The notes under the pieces: generated by a model
Databases searched by the model: none
The model's input: the letters and a program-made list of their open reading frames with translations, nothing else
What the model was told of the DNA's origin: nothing
Made by a program: the position numbers and the translations under genes
In this document: positions 1 to 13,722 of the stretch, in pieces
Layout of the letters: each line of letters opens with the position of its first letter
Position numbering within the stretch: position 1 is the first letter of the stretch
Origin: Eledone cirrhosa
Taxonomy: Eukaryota
Direction: 5' to 3'
Assembly (NCBI GenBank): GCA_964016885.1
Contig: OZ024740.1
Coordinates: 47,678,001-47,742,000 of the forward strand
Length of the DNA stretch: 64,000 nt

Positions 1-34
1 CACAGTTTTCATTTATAAAGTTCCTCTCATAAGG

Positions 35-150
35 TATTGAGCAACCCTTAGCTATGGCTGAAGACACTTGCCCAAGGTATCATGCAGTGGAATTCAGCTT
101 AGAACTGCATGATTGCAAAGCAAACTTCTAAACCATACAACTATGCTTGC
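35..150 (-). mobile_element. Degenerate tRNA-derived SINE head/core
   Basis: The reverse complement reads like the SINE head and the CTTGGGCAAGTGTCTT core, similar to the copies at 9641 and 20151; boundaries approximate. Confidence 0.5.
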
Positions 151-2593
151 ATCCGTATTTCATCACCATCACCACTTCCCATGCTGTTTTTTTTTCTTCT
201 TTTTTTCTAGTCAGTTCTTATTTGAAATTACTGTTCTCCTACGTGTGTTAAAGGGATCATATCTTACTCATACATTCTATTTTAGCATAGTTTCTACAAC
301 TGGATGCTCTTGCTAACACCAACCACTTTATAAGGTGTACTGTATTTATGAATCTGAAATGAAACAATAGGACTTGAGGAAACTAGTGATGGTCTGCATA
401 AGCAAATAGAAACTACGAAAATTTCCACAAAGTGGAATGAATTATTTTTATATGAAGTAGAGTAATCTAAGAATATCTGTGTAAATATATAATTATACTC
501 TCCCTCACTTCTGTATGACATTGTAGGATTTCTGTATTTTTATAAAATTAAGAAGGCTGTATTGAGTGAAGCAACTTTTAACCATCACCACTTCCACTAC
601 TAATGAATTAGTTCTAAAGAAGAACTAGGTCAGCAGTGTACAAGAGCTCCCACAGACAGTCTGTGTAGAACTCATCAGAGAACGATAGTAAATAGGAAGA
701 GGTTGAAAACTGAACTCTGATCAACATGTATCTATACTCTAAATTCCTTACTGATTTCATTGCCAACTCTCAACTTGCTAATAACATCTCTGTACATGAC
801 TTGTACTACTCACATAACCTATTCATCTATTTTTCTTAACCATCAGACTTCAGAACATGGAATCCTATCAAGATGTTTTGCTAGATTGACAAATATTAGA
901 TATAAAGGCCTATGTTTCTTGTAGTTGTGTCAGTAGAGAGTATCAGTGGTACCCTGAACAGTATTTTATTTCATCTGAGATATAATTTATTGTTAATCTT
1001 ATCTAACACTTATAATACATTGTAAAGCATTGCCTAGCAGTTATAATACATTCTAAAACATTAAGTCCACTTTGCTCATTTCTATTGCACCAAAAGAACC
1101 TCTAATCATATCAAAACTAGACTGAAAAGCTGTATTTCTTTCCTGTCACACTGTGACTCCTCACAACCAAACTGAGAAGAACAATTTTCATGCTGTGCAG
1201 AAAAAGAGAAGTCGTTTTTTTTTTTTTTTGTTCTGGCTGAACCCTTCGTCTTGAAAACGGGCAATATTTACTGTTGTTGCTGTATAAATAAATTAGGAGT
1301 TGTGAAATGGAAGGAAAATTATTATAACAATAAAGTATAAGGGAGGAATAACGAGGGGGTAGCAAAGAGTGTTAGTGGAAGTGGGACAATCAGCAAGGAG
1401 AAAATACGAAGTCCACCATACAAACACACATAACTGAGTGTACAGACTGTCTTAAGCCAAATGAATGCATAGCATATCAGGACTTGTTGGTCATTGTAGT
1501 TTTTGCAATCAACTGTGTTCCATAAATAAACTATTCATACAGATGTAGTTGGCAATAATTTTTTTCAGTTTGTTTTTTAATATCTATGTGCTCAGTTCAT
1601 GGTTCAATCACCTTTGCATTTGTATGTTTGGGTAAATTTAGATTCACACTATTTAAGCAACTTGGTGCACATATAATTGTTATACCTTGCATAAATAGCA
1701 TTTTTCATTTGCCAGCTTCAGCTTCTGTTGACATTTACCTACGTACCTATCGATTATGATTTCTTTTAATTGTGAAAATCTGCATGTGCAAATTGTTAGC
1801 TGTTACATCAACATTGTCCTCTTGTTTTTTGTTTTACTTTTCTTCATTTTGACATGATTATTGTTAAGAATGTCTCATCTATTCTAATATATCAAAATAA
1901 TTGTAAGTATATGAAGCTATCAAAAACTATGTTCTGTACTAGATTTTGTTTTTAAACAACTGTATATACTCACATATGTAAGTCACAGGTTGTGTTTGTT
2001 AATACTGCTTATATGATTGAATGAAATTTCTTTAAGTATCTAATAAAATTACATGTAAAATAATCTTTTGATAGTTCTTAAATTAAAACCATTTTAATGA
2101 ACTCTATATAATTCAATTTTGTTTAACCATTTGCAACTATATAGTTTATTCATTTCATCACATACAATAACAAAATAAACACACTTCAGTTACCTTGGCA
2201 TACACATCATCTTTACTGAAGCTTATCAAAGTGAGAAAATTATGTATTAACAATATACAAATAATACACTGTGGTGGTCTACTATACTTCCATGAATGAT
2301 AACAATCCATTTTATCAATAAGGAATTCAAAAAGTTTGTTTTACCTACAGTAAATTATGGAATTCAGAAATTATCATATTTTGATTATTGTCTAATAAAA
2401 GAATGATTAAAGTGTGCTATTGCAGTATGAACTTGAAACACAAAAGCAATATTTTATGGACTATTAGCAATTAAGAACAATGTTAAATGATATTTAATAT
2501 GTTTTAACAGAAATATATTCTTATATCGCCAAATTATAGCTATCTATAAACATGTTTATACAGTCAGCACAATCAGCTAACATTATATAAATT

Positions 2594-2960
2594 GGTGGTG
2601 AATTGGCAGTGTCGGTAGAGGGTTGGACGCCATGCTTTCTAGCACAGTTACGTCCCTTTACAGTCTGAGTTCAAATCCCGCCGAGGTTAACTTTGCCTTT
2701 CATCCTTACGGGGTCGATAAAATAAAGTACCAGTAATATACTGGGTAATTGCTGGCCTTGTGTCTAAAGTAGAAACAATTATATAAATTGGTGGTTTGGC
2801 AGTATCAGTAGAGGGTCAGACGCCATGCAGTCCTTGCCATTCTGAGTTCAAATCCCGCCGAGGTTAACTTTGCCTTTCATCCTTACAGGGTCGATAAAAT
2901 AAAATACCAGTAATGCACTGGGTAATTACTGGCCTTGTGCCAAAAGTAGAAACAATTATA
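2594..2960 (+). mobile_element. Tandem pair of tRNA-derived SINEs (family A)
   Basis: Two ~170-190-bp units with A-box-like TGGCAG..TCGGTAG, B-box GAGTTCAAATCC, body GCCTTTCATCC..GTCGATAAAATAAAGTACC and tail GTAGAAACAATTAT. The flank ATTATATAAATTGGTGG precedes both units. Confidence 0.85.
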
Positions 2961-3186
2961 TACAATTATAGGCACTTACAATATGCTTTGTAGATCCAGT
3001 TATTAAGTCACATGGTTGTATTATGGGAAAGAGGTGTGGCTTGAGTATATACAGTGTGTGAAGGTAAATAAGATAAATTATTACTGAGAAAATCAGCTTG
3101 CTCAATTGGGTTATTTCAGTTTATATTTTAGTTTTTATTATTCCAATTGTTTTCTTTCATGTTTACAACAGTTCTAAGACATTTAT

Positions 3187-3611
3187 TTAACCCTTCCATG
3201 ACTGCATTTCTAATGAAATAAATTGTCAATGTTTCAAATAATTTTGAAATATAATCAGCAATTTGGAGAGATTTAATAAAATATCTAGCTTTTGTCATTG
3301 TTTAGCTTGTGTTTTTAGAAATAACTTAACAAAGTAGTTTTAATTTAACCCTTTTGCATTTAAACTGGCTGTATCCAGCCTGAATTCTCTCACCTCTTTC
3401 TGTTCAAATTGGCCATAACCAGCTGCTCATACTTATGTGAAGTAAAGCCTTTACTGCAAAAATACAATAGTTAAACCCATGCTAGCGTGGAAGATGGTTG
3501 TTAAATGATGAATATAGAGCAATGTTAAAGGGTTAAATATGAAAACTCTAAAATGAACAATTTTTTATCAGAAACGGGTGATGTTAGGTGGCTGATATCA
3601 AAAAGGGTTAA
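3187..3611. mobile_element. TTAA-flanked piggyBac-like MITE containing a second nested MITE (3345-3536)
   Basis: Both have TTAA-CCCTT...AAGGG-TTAA ends. The outer element matches 45004-45231 and the inner matches 37701-37926 and 40112-40359. The inner one also carries an RTE tail fragment (3474-3511). Confidence 0.7.
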
Positions 3612-5978
3612 ACAAACTGACACACATCTTGGTCTTCTTTGCATATGACAACCTTTCTAGTGCCCATGGCATAATAAAATGCATCAGTGCACTATGTACA
3701 GTGATTGTTGATAGGAAACATACCCAGCCATAGAAAACACAAGATACATAGCCTGTGATGTGGTTTATGGGGCTATCTGTCCATGGAGGTGAGAGGGTAT
3801 TAACTCTGAATAAGAACTAATACAAGGTAGAAGGAACTTTTTAGGCTTTCTGTATGTAACAACCTCTCTAATACCAGTGGTATGAAACATTCCCAGTCTA
3901 CACTCTAAGCTATACACATCAAAGTTGGTTGATTTCCTTTGTTGTGTGTGCAAGATGTTGCTGAGCATAACAACACATCTGGCCCATGTGAGCGTAAAAG
4001 AATGGACATAAAAATGATGATAATGATGGTGATGATAAAGTATGGTTACTGTTCTATGACAAACAATTTTGAGATGAATTCATCCAGGAATTTTCTTCAA
4101 CTAACTGTATTTAATAGCATTTGGTAGCAATGGTAAAATGTTATAAACATCCAATTAGACTTATGCCCGATGTAATTTTGGCAAAGGAAACTGTTGATTA
4201 TGGGCAGCAAATTCATAAATACACTCTCTGTGTATGTTTGTGTACATATGTGTTTGTGTGTGTGTGTTTATGACAAAGATATGTTATTTATTATATTGCA
4301 TAATTCTTAGAAAATGTTAAAAATCTCAAAAACAGAAAATAACTGGACAAAAGTACTGGACACTTTTTCCATCTGTCGGGGTATTTTAACTGGGTTTCTA
4401 AGCTATTACTTACAGCAATTGATTGTATTCAAGATGTTCTACATTTTCTAAAAACTACAATCCACTTGATGCTCTGATGGTTTATTTACGAATGATATAT
4501 AATTTATATTGCAAGACAAAATGGTAAAAACAATATGTAGGCTATTACCAAGTTGGCGCAGTGCATTAAATATCACAAAGCAAAAGATTATAGAAGAGTA
4601 TATTATAAACCTCCAGCATGCTATAAACCTTCCAGCTAAATCTGCAGCTGGTCATCACTTTGTTCAGGGACTATTACCTGAATATATTTTTTTTTTCTTA
4701 TTTGTATGTCTGCATTTATTGAACATTTCAAATCTTCCATTGAGATAGTTGAGTTTGTGAGATTATTTAATGTATGGTATACTGCCGTCCATAATTTCCT
4801 TATTGATTTTTAAATTGTTGATACTATTTTCCTTCAACTTCCACGTGTATATAGCTAAAAAGAACTATGAAATTTCTCTTCTTTTGATTTCTCATCAGGG
4901 TTTAACGTGATTTTCTTTTTATGTTAAAAAAAAAAAAAGGGTATAATTGGTCAACTTTTATTATTATTATACCTATTTTATGGGTACTATCAGTGTAAAT
5001 AGATTGTTTGCATCTGGGTAATGAACAGGTTTCACATAGAACTTCACACCTGCATCATATTTTTTAATGATTTTTTTTATTATGCACATGTCCATTCTTA
5101 ATAGTGGAGAAATGGCAATTGAATTTATCAAGCTTTTGTTTTATCAAGCTTTTGTTATCAAGCTTTTGTTTTAAACTCTTTTACTGGTTCAAGTCAGTTG
5201 TCTATAGTTAGGCTGCAGATAGTTTTGTTTAATAACCTTTTTAATATTGCCCTTGATTCTTTGATACAAAACTGTTTCTTTTAAAGTGCTTATATTTATC
5301 ATAAAACTTCCATCATAATTTTATGTAAGAACCTTATTAAGGTATGCTCCAAATACCAGCTTAATAATAAGGACATTAGTTATATTACTAAATACTTCCA
5401 AATACTTGATAATTTTCTAAATGATTTGAAAGTCATAAGCAGTATCATTGGAAACATAGTAACAAAAAGGATAAAAGACAAAGGTAACACTGGAAGGATT
5501 CGAGGTTAAAACATTAATTGCCCTTATAATAGGATATTGGTTACAATAATTACTTTTCACAAAACAGAATGTCAATTCAACTAAGAGCATAGAGTTGAAT
5601 AGATCAATGCAAATATACTATAGTGTTGATTTTGATCAAATCCAGAGAGAACAGTCAACATAATATTTGTGAGATTTCAACTTAGAAACTGAATTTACCA
5701 AACTAGATCATTATAAGCCAGTGCCCCTCTGTTTAAATCATCTCATTCTCTATTTTATTATTAATAAAGATAAAAAAAATGGGTCAGCAAAGAGTGCAAT
5801 TAGTAGGGACCTGGAGAAATTACTTTGTTATATTTAGTCATGTTTGTTTATGTTCTGAGTGCAAGTTACATGAAAACTGTGCTTGCTTTCCATCTTTCCA
5901 AGGTAGATAAAATAAGTACTAGTCATGTATTGGAGTTGTTTTGATTGACAGTTTCTTCTCTTTAGATTTTTAGCATTT

Positions 5979-8100
5979 TCAAATGTCCAACAAATCCAAA
6001 GTAGGTTGGTCAGTTGCTATGGCAACCAAATCGATATGTGCAGGAGACAGAAGAGAACATACAGACAGTTGAGATAGTGGGTCCGCGGGTATGTTGGCAG
6101 CTCCAGCTATATGACGAATGTCACTGGTGTACTGGGAGATGAAATACAAATGTCTGTATGCCCTCGGAGAGTATCTGTCGGACTTGGTTTGAAGAGCGAA
6201 TGTGAGTGGTTTATGGTCTGTGAATACCGTGAACTCCCGACCTTCAAGAAGATGGTGGAAGTGTCTCACAGCAAGATAAACTGCTAAAAGCTCTCTGTCG
6301 AAAGTACTGTAACGTTGCTCTGCTGGTTTTAATTGGCGTGAGAAAAACGCCAGTGGTTGAACCTGGTGATCGATCGCATGTTGCAAAACTGCTCCAATAG
6401 CATGATTGGATGCATCAACAGGTAAAGAAAGTCTCGCGTTTGCAACAGGATGGGCGAGGAAGGAAACTTCAGCTATCTCAGACTTGACATTCAAAAGACT
6501 GCAAAGCATCAGCAGAAAGTGAAATAGGAGCATCTTTCTTTTTTGCAGCCTTTAAAAACTGTGTCAAGGGGAACAACTTGTCTGCACAGTTAGGAATGAA
6601 ACGACGATAAAAGTTAATTAATCTCAAGAAATGACGTAATTGTTTCAGGGAGGTGGGTGGTGCGATATGCTGAATCGCTTCTACCTTAGATGGCAAAGGT
6701 TGTATGCCTTCCGAATCTATAAGATGTCCAAGGAATTCCAGTGAAGCTGTACCAAACACACACTTAGCTGGGTTGATTCTGACTTGGTACGATCGAAGAC
6801 GTTGAAATAACTGGGATAGATGTTGACGATGATGTTCAGCTGTGTCACTGGCTATCAGGAGATCATCCACGTAAGCAAACACGAAATCCAATCCATGCGT
6901 GACTTCATCAATAAAACGTTGGAACGTGCTAGAGGCATTCCACAAACCAAAGGGAGTGGTCACAGCTGTTTTTGGTATATCCTCTGGATTCATGGAAATC
7001 TGGTGGTATGCACGTATTAGATCTATTTTGGAAGATATCTTGCATCCATGCAGAACGGATGAAAAATCCTGTAAATTTGGTAGAGGATAACGGTCTGGCG
7101 TGGTGATGGCATTAAGTCTTCGATAATCTGCCACAGGTCTAAAATTCGCTTCACCCTTACGAGCCAAGTGAAGCGGAGATGCCCATGGGCTGGTGGGCGG
7201 TCGTATAAGACTGAGCTGGAGCATGTGCTCGAACTCGTTTCGTGCTTTTTTTTAGACTATCCGGAGCCAACCTTCGTCGAATTTTTGTTTACTTTCAGCC
7301 ACTCAAATGCTGGGAGTATTTTGCATTTTTAAAGTAGACAATAGCGCCATCTCCCGAATGCAAAAGATTTTTTATTTGATATACATATTGACTGAAATGC
7401 ATACCATGAAAACAGGAGGACCAGTTGTTGTAACGAAGTGTTGAGTCGATTGGGCTGTCTGGGTAGGTTTAAATGAAATATTCGTTAACTCAGCAAACGA
7501 AGTAAGGAGTGCATGAAACTGGTTTCCAGCGGCAGCCACAAAAAATGACGGACTGACAGCAGTAGTGGTAGATTTACGAGTAGGCGTAGATAAGGATGTG
7601 GTACTATCCACAAGTTTCTGGTTCCTGACATCTACCAAAAGTGAAAAGTGCTGTAAGAAAACCGCACCGAGAATAGGATGAGGTAGGTCAGCAAAGACAA
7701 AAATCCATTTGAAATCTCGACGCAAAGCTAGGTCCAAAGATATCTGTCCATAAGTTTTTAAAGGAGACTGGTTTACTGCATACAAGGAAATGCCAGAAAG
7801 AGTTGGCTTGGTAGAGTTGAACCGTAAGGACCAAATACTGCAACTAGATCCTGTGTCCACCATGAATGATTTGTTTGAAACTCGGTCTCTGATGAAGAAA
7901 GCACGATAAGGTGAATTGTTAAGGGAGAGGTCTGCCGTGCTCATACTCGCCAAACTTAGTTTTTTCGATGCCCCAAAAGAGCAGGGCTTCATACAATGTT
8001 GTGCCTTATCACTGAAATGCACATGGTAACAACACAAAGAAGAACTGTTGGCGGGGGAGTTGGTACGTCCATGAGAAGAAAAAGACCGACTTCGTGTTTT
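5979..8100 (-). mobile_element. Ty3/Gypsy internal fragment (gag end, protease, RT, RNase H), degenerate, no LTRs
   Basis: Gag-end motif CCYH..F...A..C..PC, protease FMVDTGS, RT WASPLH/DYRRLN/KIDL/YVDD, RNase H DAS..AIGAVLQ/RELLA/TDHKPL. Frameshifted and truncated before the integrase. Confidence 0.92.
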
Positions 8101-9640
8101 GAAATTCTCATATGGGTGGAGAAATAAATGTTTTTAAGTGTTGTTTAGAGTATAGTTTTTATTTCACAAATCCTGTATATAATGAAGCTTTTACCATTTC
8201 ATCCGTTTTATAAAGTTTCAAGTGTCGAATTTTTGTTTACTTTCAGCCACTCAAATGCTGGGAGTATTTTGCATTTTTAAAGTAGACAATAGCACCATCT
8301 CCCGAATGCAAAAGATTTTTTATTTGATATACATATTGACTGAAATGCATACCATGAAAAACTTGGAAACAATTTAATGTCGTACAAGTAATAAAGCTTT
8401 AGGTAGATTTTTTTTTACAGCAAGCAAGAAAGAGAGGAGGCAAAGTTAGAAAAAGAGAGAGCGAGAGAAGGGAGAGAAAGAGTGAACGAAATAAAACAAA
8501 ACAAGATTGAAAAAAAAAAGTATAATTATGTAAGTCCCAGAGACAAACAGTCAACGCACTTGTGTTTATGTACATCTGTGCATTTATGTGTTAAAAAGTT
8601 CAAAAAATAAAACTTTGCAGGAATATTCTCAAGGCAATACATAAATAAAACTTCTCGTGATATGGAAAAGTTTCATTGTGAAATAATCACTTCAGATATT
8701 TTAGCACCTTATTTAAGTAGAATTTGAAGTGGGTGAAAAATTATTAAAATATTGACCCTGAATATAATCCATCCCCACCTCCACCCCCCACTTTACTGTC
8801 AAATTTTTTGTCACATATTGTTTGGCTTATAGTTGAGTATATACAGTAGTTATAAGGATTTTATTGCAATATTTAAAATATTTTGTGTTATCTGAAGATT
8901 TTGATTTGTTAAGATAGAGAGGTGGTAGATATTTTGGTACTAAATAGAAATTACTATCTGGAGAAATTTACTTTTTAAAAATTCTTAACTGATTTTTGTC
9001 TACTAATAATGTGTTTAGAGAAATTAAGTTTGTATCTCACTGGCTCATAACATTGTTTATGTTCACAATTATTGCCATTTCACTTCATTTACATTGATGC
9101 CTTTGTGAAAAGCATTAACCTCACAAATCAGGTCTTGCAGCTTTATTTGTACATTATCTGAAATATTTAGGGAAGGATTGTTCATATCTTTCCTAAATGA
9201 ATGCCCGCCCCACCAATAATTATATTTTTCTCTCCAAACTACCAAAACACACATCTATTTGTATATGCGGCACTACAATTTATGTACATGTTATCTTTAT
9301 CGCATATCAAATTTTTTTTGTATCTTGGTTGATATTTGATAACAGCTAAACTAATCACTACAACTAAATTGACCAAATCCCTCCCCCTCTTCAATTCAGA
9401 AATGCTTCCACTGCCCCTGGTAACTGAGATGGTTCTAACTTTACTAATCACAGTACTATGGAACTTGTTAAAATCTTATTCAGGATTATTTTGTTTACTC
9501 CCAAGAGCAATATTATATTTCTAACATTTGTACAAGAGTTCTTATGTATGGAGGATTGCAAGAAGTGACATGTCAAATAGAAGATTTGAAACTGATACAA
9601 AAAACAACTAAAGTGAACATTCAAAAACTTTAGTATTGAT

Positions 9641-9962
9641 GGAGGCACATGGCTTAGTGGTTCGAGCATTGACCTTGCAATCGAAAGGTTGTGAGTTCAA
9701 TTCTCAGACCGGGTGATGTGTTGTTTCCTTGAGCAAGACACTTTATTTCACATTGCTCCAGTTTACTCAGCTGTAGAAATGAGATGATAGGGACTGGGGT
9801 CCCTATCATTCCACTGTAAAGTGGTCGTGGAGGTGCCATGGCAAAAAAGCACCCAGCACTCACTGTAAAATGAGGTTGGTGTTAGGAAGGGCATCCAGCT
9901 GTAGAAATCAAGCCAGAATCAGTTCCCGTCCCACTCTTGCAAGCAGGGAAAAAGCGGTGATG
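9641..9962 (+). mobile_element. tRNA-head SINE (family B) with RTE-LINE-derived 3' tail
   Basis: A/B boxes (TGGCTTAGTGG, GAGTTCAATTC), CORE-like TCCTTGAGCAAGACACTT, and a tail matching the RTE 3' UTR at 17576-17845. Near-identical to 20151-20536. Confidence 0.85.
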
Positions 9963-10826
9963 TTTCTGATTGTTCACTCTAGAACACATGTTGTATTGAA
10001 CTCATCTTAGGAGGGAAGTGGGTCAACCACACGGACTCGATTGTTCATATCGGGGGGGGGGGGGGGGGGGCAGTTTTCTTTTAGGTCAAAAATAGGCATA
10101 CAATAGCCTTCTTAGAACATGCATACAAATTCAATGAAATCAAATTTGCCACACTCTAAAAATGCTAATGATGATAGTATGATTACAAATTTTGGTGGGG
10201 AATATAGTCAAGTACTTGACTGGTGCTTTATTTTATCAGCTTGCAAAGGATGAATGGCAAGCAGTAGAGTATGATATAGCAAGTTGAGTGACCATGTAGA
10301 GGCTTCCTCGTTGGTAGTGTGGCAAGGAATAATATTCAAGCATAATGTAGACATTACATAATTTGGGGAAATTTTTAAATTAACATTAATGTAATTAACA
10401 AGTGAATTTAATTATTATATATTACAGCTAAATACATTATTTGTTCAATCCTTAATGGTGATTGTTTTACATATCCGGGTTTGGTTACAATTCTCTTATG
10501 AAGCTGAGAAGTACTATTTATAACAGATATACAAAGTGTGTATATTGGTCGTGGGAGGTCATTTTTTTTTTATTCTTATCTCTTACAAATATTTCTTCTG
10601 TGCAACAAATAACATATACTGTTAGTAGAATTCAGTAAATTTACCACCTTAATAAAATGTTTGCATGATATGTGAATACCACTTCATTTTAATTGTCCTT
10701 TATCCTAAATATCAAATTGCCTGATTGAAATTTACTGCAAGGAATTGGTGCTTATTTCCCAACCACAGAGCATTCATTTTTTTAGTTTATAATAATTGTA
10801 CTGCTTTGTGCTGCTATATTAAACAG

Positions 10827-10908
10827 GAAAACTAGACAACAACTAGGAGTCACTAGGGCTGAACAACAAAAGAATTTATCTTTCCTGTATGATCATTGTA
10901 AATTTGAA
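10827..10908 (+). CDS. Possible penultimate exon of gene 1 (KTRQQLGVTRAEQQKNLSFLYDHCKFE)
   Basis: ACAG acceptor and an open frame. A phase-0 exit at a weak GTGAAG donor matches the next exon; an alternative donor at 10898 is also possible. Confidence 0.4.
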
Positions 10909-11237
10909 GTGAAGTGCTTTAAGCAGGGCTTATATTAAGTTGCCTTGTTTATTCATCAATTGTTTTGTCTAATTGTATATAAAGGAAAAATCTAAATAAC
11001 TTGCACACTAACCTTAGCAACCAGCACAACATTCAGTCTTTTCACACCTCCTATAAAAGACACATTAATTTATGTCTCTATAACTACTAGGATTTAATCC
11101 TGTAATTAATGCGGATTGGTAAGTTTTTAATTTTTCCTGTTTGTGTTGTACACTATTCAAAATTCTGATTTCAATTTTCTTTTAAAAAATTTTAGCTATT
11201 TAATAGGTTAATTTACATTCTTTTTCTTTTTTTTCAG

Positions 11238-11711
11238 GCAAACTTAGAACAGTCTGAAAAGATTATGGGCCAAGTTTGGGAAGATAACCCACATTTTGGA
11301 AATACTTTTGTTTCTGGTGAATTCCATTCTATCTCATTGCCTTCAAATTCTCACAATAATCTTAACAAGGACAATCTTTCTGAAAGTTTAACTTCTGACT
11401 GTTCTCACTGCTCTAATGCTGGTGATGATGGACTCCACGGTGTCAAAGATTCTTGTGATCGCTATGACAATAACACCCCTTATCGCTATCCCTGTGGACT
11501 ACAAAACAGGTTTAACCCATTTAACACTCTGGATAATGATGGTGATCTGTTTACTTCAGAGTCAAACAAAATATTGAACTCCTCTCATAAAGGGACTTCA
11601 CAGTCCCATCATTCAGGTTTGGCTACTGCAGGCAGTGAGATTCAACAAAGTATGAAGAAATCAAGGACTTTTATAGAGATGCATGAAGAGTTTGGCAAAC
11701 TGCTGAAATGA
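11238..11711 (+). CDS. Terminal coding exon of gene 1 (unknown protein; Ser/Asn/Asp-rich tail with an NPF motif)
   Basis: Strong polypyrimidine-CAG acceptor at 11237, 157 open codons to TGA, then a long repeat-poor AT-rich 3' UTR-like tract with several AATAAA. Confidence 0.7.
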   Translation, partial: ANLEQSEKIMGQVWEDNPHFGNTFVSGEFHSISLPSNSHNNLNKDNLSESLTSDCSHCSNAGDDGLHGVKDSCDRYDNNTPYRYPCGLQNRFNPFNTLDNDGDLFTSESNKILNSSHKGTSQSHHSGLATAGSEIQQSMKKSRTFIEMHEEFGKLLK

Positions 11712-13239
11712 TGTCAAAAGAAAATAAAAGGAAAGTTTTATAAACAGAAATTGTGTTTGAAAAAATGAAGGATAACATTGGCAAATTTATGGATGGTGGG
11801 GGCAAAAGCAAAAAAAATGTTTATTAATGGATATTTTCTTGAAATTAACTATTCTCTTGTTATTTTACATATATTTGAAAATCTGTTCCAATGAGTTTTC
11901 TTAATATTGATTCTTGTCTGGAATTGTCAATATCTCCATATTAAGACATATACATTAAAAACTAAATCCTTTGAATTTTCACAGCTGCTCATTATATTTT
12001 TGTGTAAATTTCTTTCAATGTGTTTTCCTGAGAAAAGATAATACTTAAGTTGCCAAATGATCTTAGTTGACTCATTAAAAGCAACTAGATTTTTAGTGTT
12101 TCTTTCTCAATAGAAAGGAGAAAAAGGATGAATTTCAATGTTTCAACACAAAGTGTCACTTTGAATTTTTTTTTTTTTTCATCAATGTTACTTTATTATG
12201 TTGTTCTTACACATATTTTTTTGTCTTCAATACAATCTCTATTTCTATTAACAAGTGAGTCAGTCAGTTGAAAATAATTTTTCTAACATTTCTTGTTAAC
12301 CTATTTCTTTAAAATATTTATTCTATTTCAAATTACTTTTCATTTGATTATTCATAATGACAATTTAATGTTTGACTACTTGGAAGTAAGATGGTTTGTA
12401 TTTTTCTCTAGCATTGCATATCATTTATATTCTGTGTATACTTTTGTGAATACCGGTTTCATCATTTGCTCACACACACACAATACACACACATACACGC
12501 ACACGCACACACACACACACAATATATATACACACACACACACAATTTGTATAAGAGTTGTTAAATTTGGTTCAAATATTCAATTGCAGTTAGTTTAAGA
12601 ATGTACAAAACCATGTTAAAATTAGTATTTGTTTACTTGAAATCAGCAGTGCTTAACTATGCAAAGTCTTTTGACTTAGGTTAAATCAGACTTTTCTTGA
12701 TACAAGGAAATAAACCACTAGATTTTCCACTTTAGTTTTACTGCAATATTTGCATTCTCCCAAGCATTTCTACTTAACTGAAGCTTATATAAAATGATCA
12801 AGCTACATTGTCTTTAACATAGTAATTCTGACTTAAATATGACCAACATTTATCTAGGTGAATTTTATACCACTCTTCACTTTTTTTTTAAATGAATATA
12901 GCTTTGTTAAATAACTAAATCTTTTGATAGTTGCAAATTGTTAGTGTATATTTTATTTAACCTATCATTTGCCTTCTCTTGTGAAACCATAATGTTTAAT
13001 GCTAAAACATTCCAATTCTATGATTTGATTAGCTAATCTTCACTTGATATGAAAATTCTATTAACAATTTATGCTGTTGGTTTAACATGGAATATCTTGG
13101 GTGCTGTGATAGAATTGCACTCCAACTATTTGGGATCAAGTTGTGTTCAGAATTAATAGAAAAACTGCAAGGTTTGGATGACTGAATCAACTCTAAATTT
13201 ATTTAAATGTAATAACTTGTAAATAAAAATACTGCTCCT

Positions 13240-13405
13240 CTAACTTATATTGACAGGAGGACATGTTTGTTTTTCTTCAAACTGAATTCTTATTTCATTT
13301 TTCTCTGAAATTATATTATCATCATCATCAATTTCCATCGTGACATAGGTTGGATAGATCTCACATCTTGACACATGCCATGGTCCTTCATCTTGGTGCA
13401 CACAA
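13240..13405 (-). CDS. Terminal exon of - strand gene 2 (unknown protein)
   Basis: TTTTTTTCAG acceptor. The longest frame is CVHQDEGPW...PPVNIS*; as assembled, the upstream phase gives a stop at 13311. AATAAA on the - strand at 13198-13203. Confidence 0.6.
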
Positions 13406-13722
13406 CTGAAAAAAACATGTTGTGTATGTTTTACAACATTGACTGAATGCATTTTATCATGCCACTGTCACTAGAAATATTGTATGTAGCTGCATTAAAG
13501 AATCTACTGTTTATCAATTTTTATTTAGAATAACTGCCTTCCTTGACATGCAGATTGTAATGCAGTCTGATTTCTTCATATGTTCCAGTTTTTTGCATGG
13601 TTTCTATGATTAGATGGCCTTCTTATTATTAACCACTTTACAGTATCGGTAAATTTTATTGTGCCAGTAACTAACACTAGAGATATTATCTGTAGCATGA
13701 CACAAAAGTCCCAGCTCCCCTA

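Noticed and set aside
4509-4748. 79-aa ORF as an exon of gene 1
   Set aside because: No convincing splice-site pair or recognisable domain.
9641-9712. tRNA gene
   Set aside because: tRNA-like head of a multi-copy SINE continuing into core and LINE tail; no intact cloverleaf.
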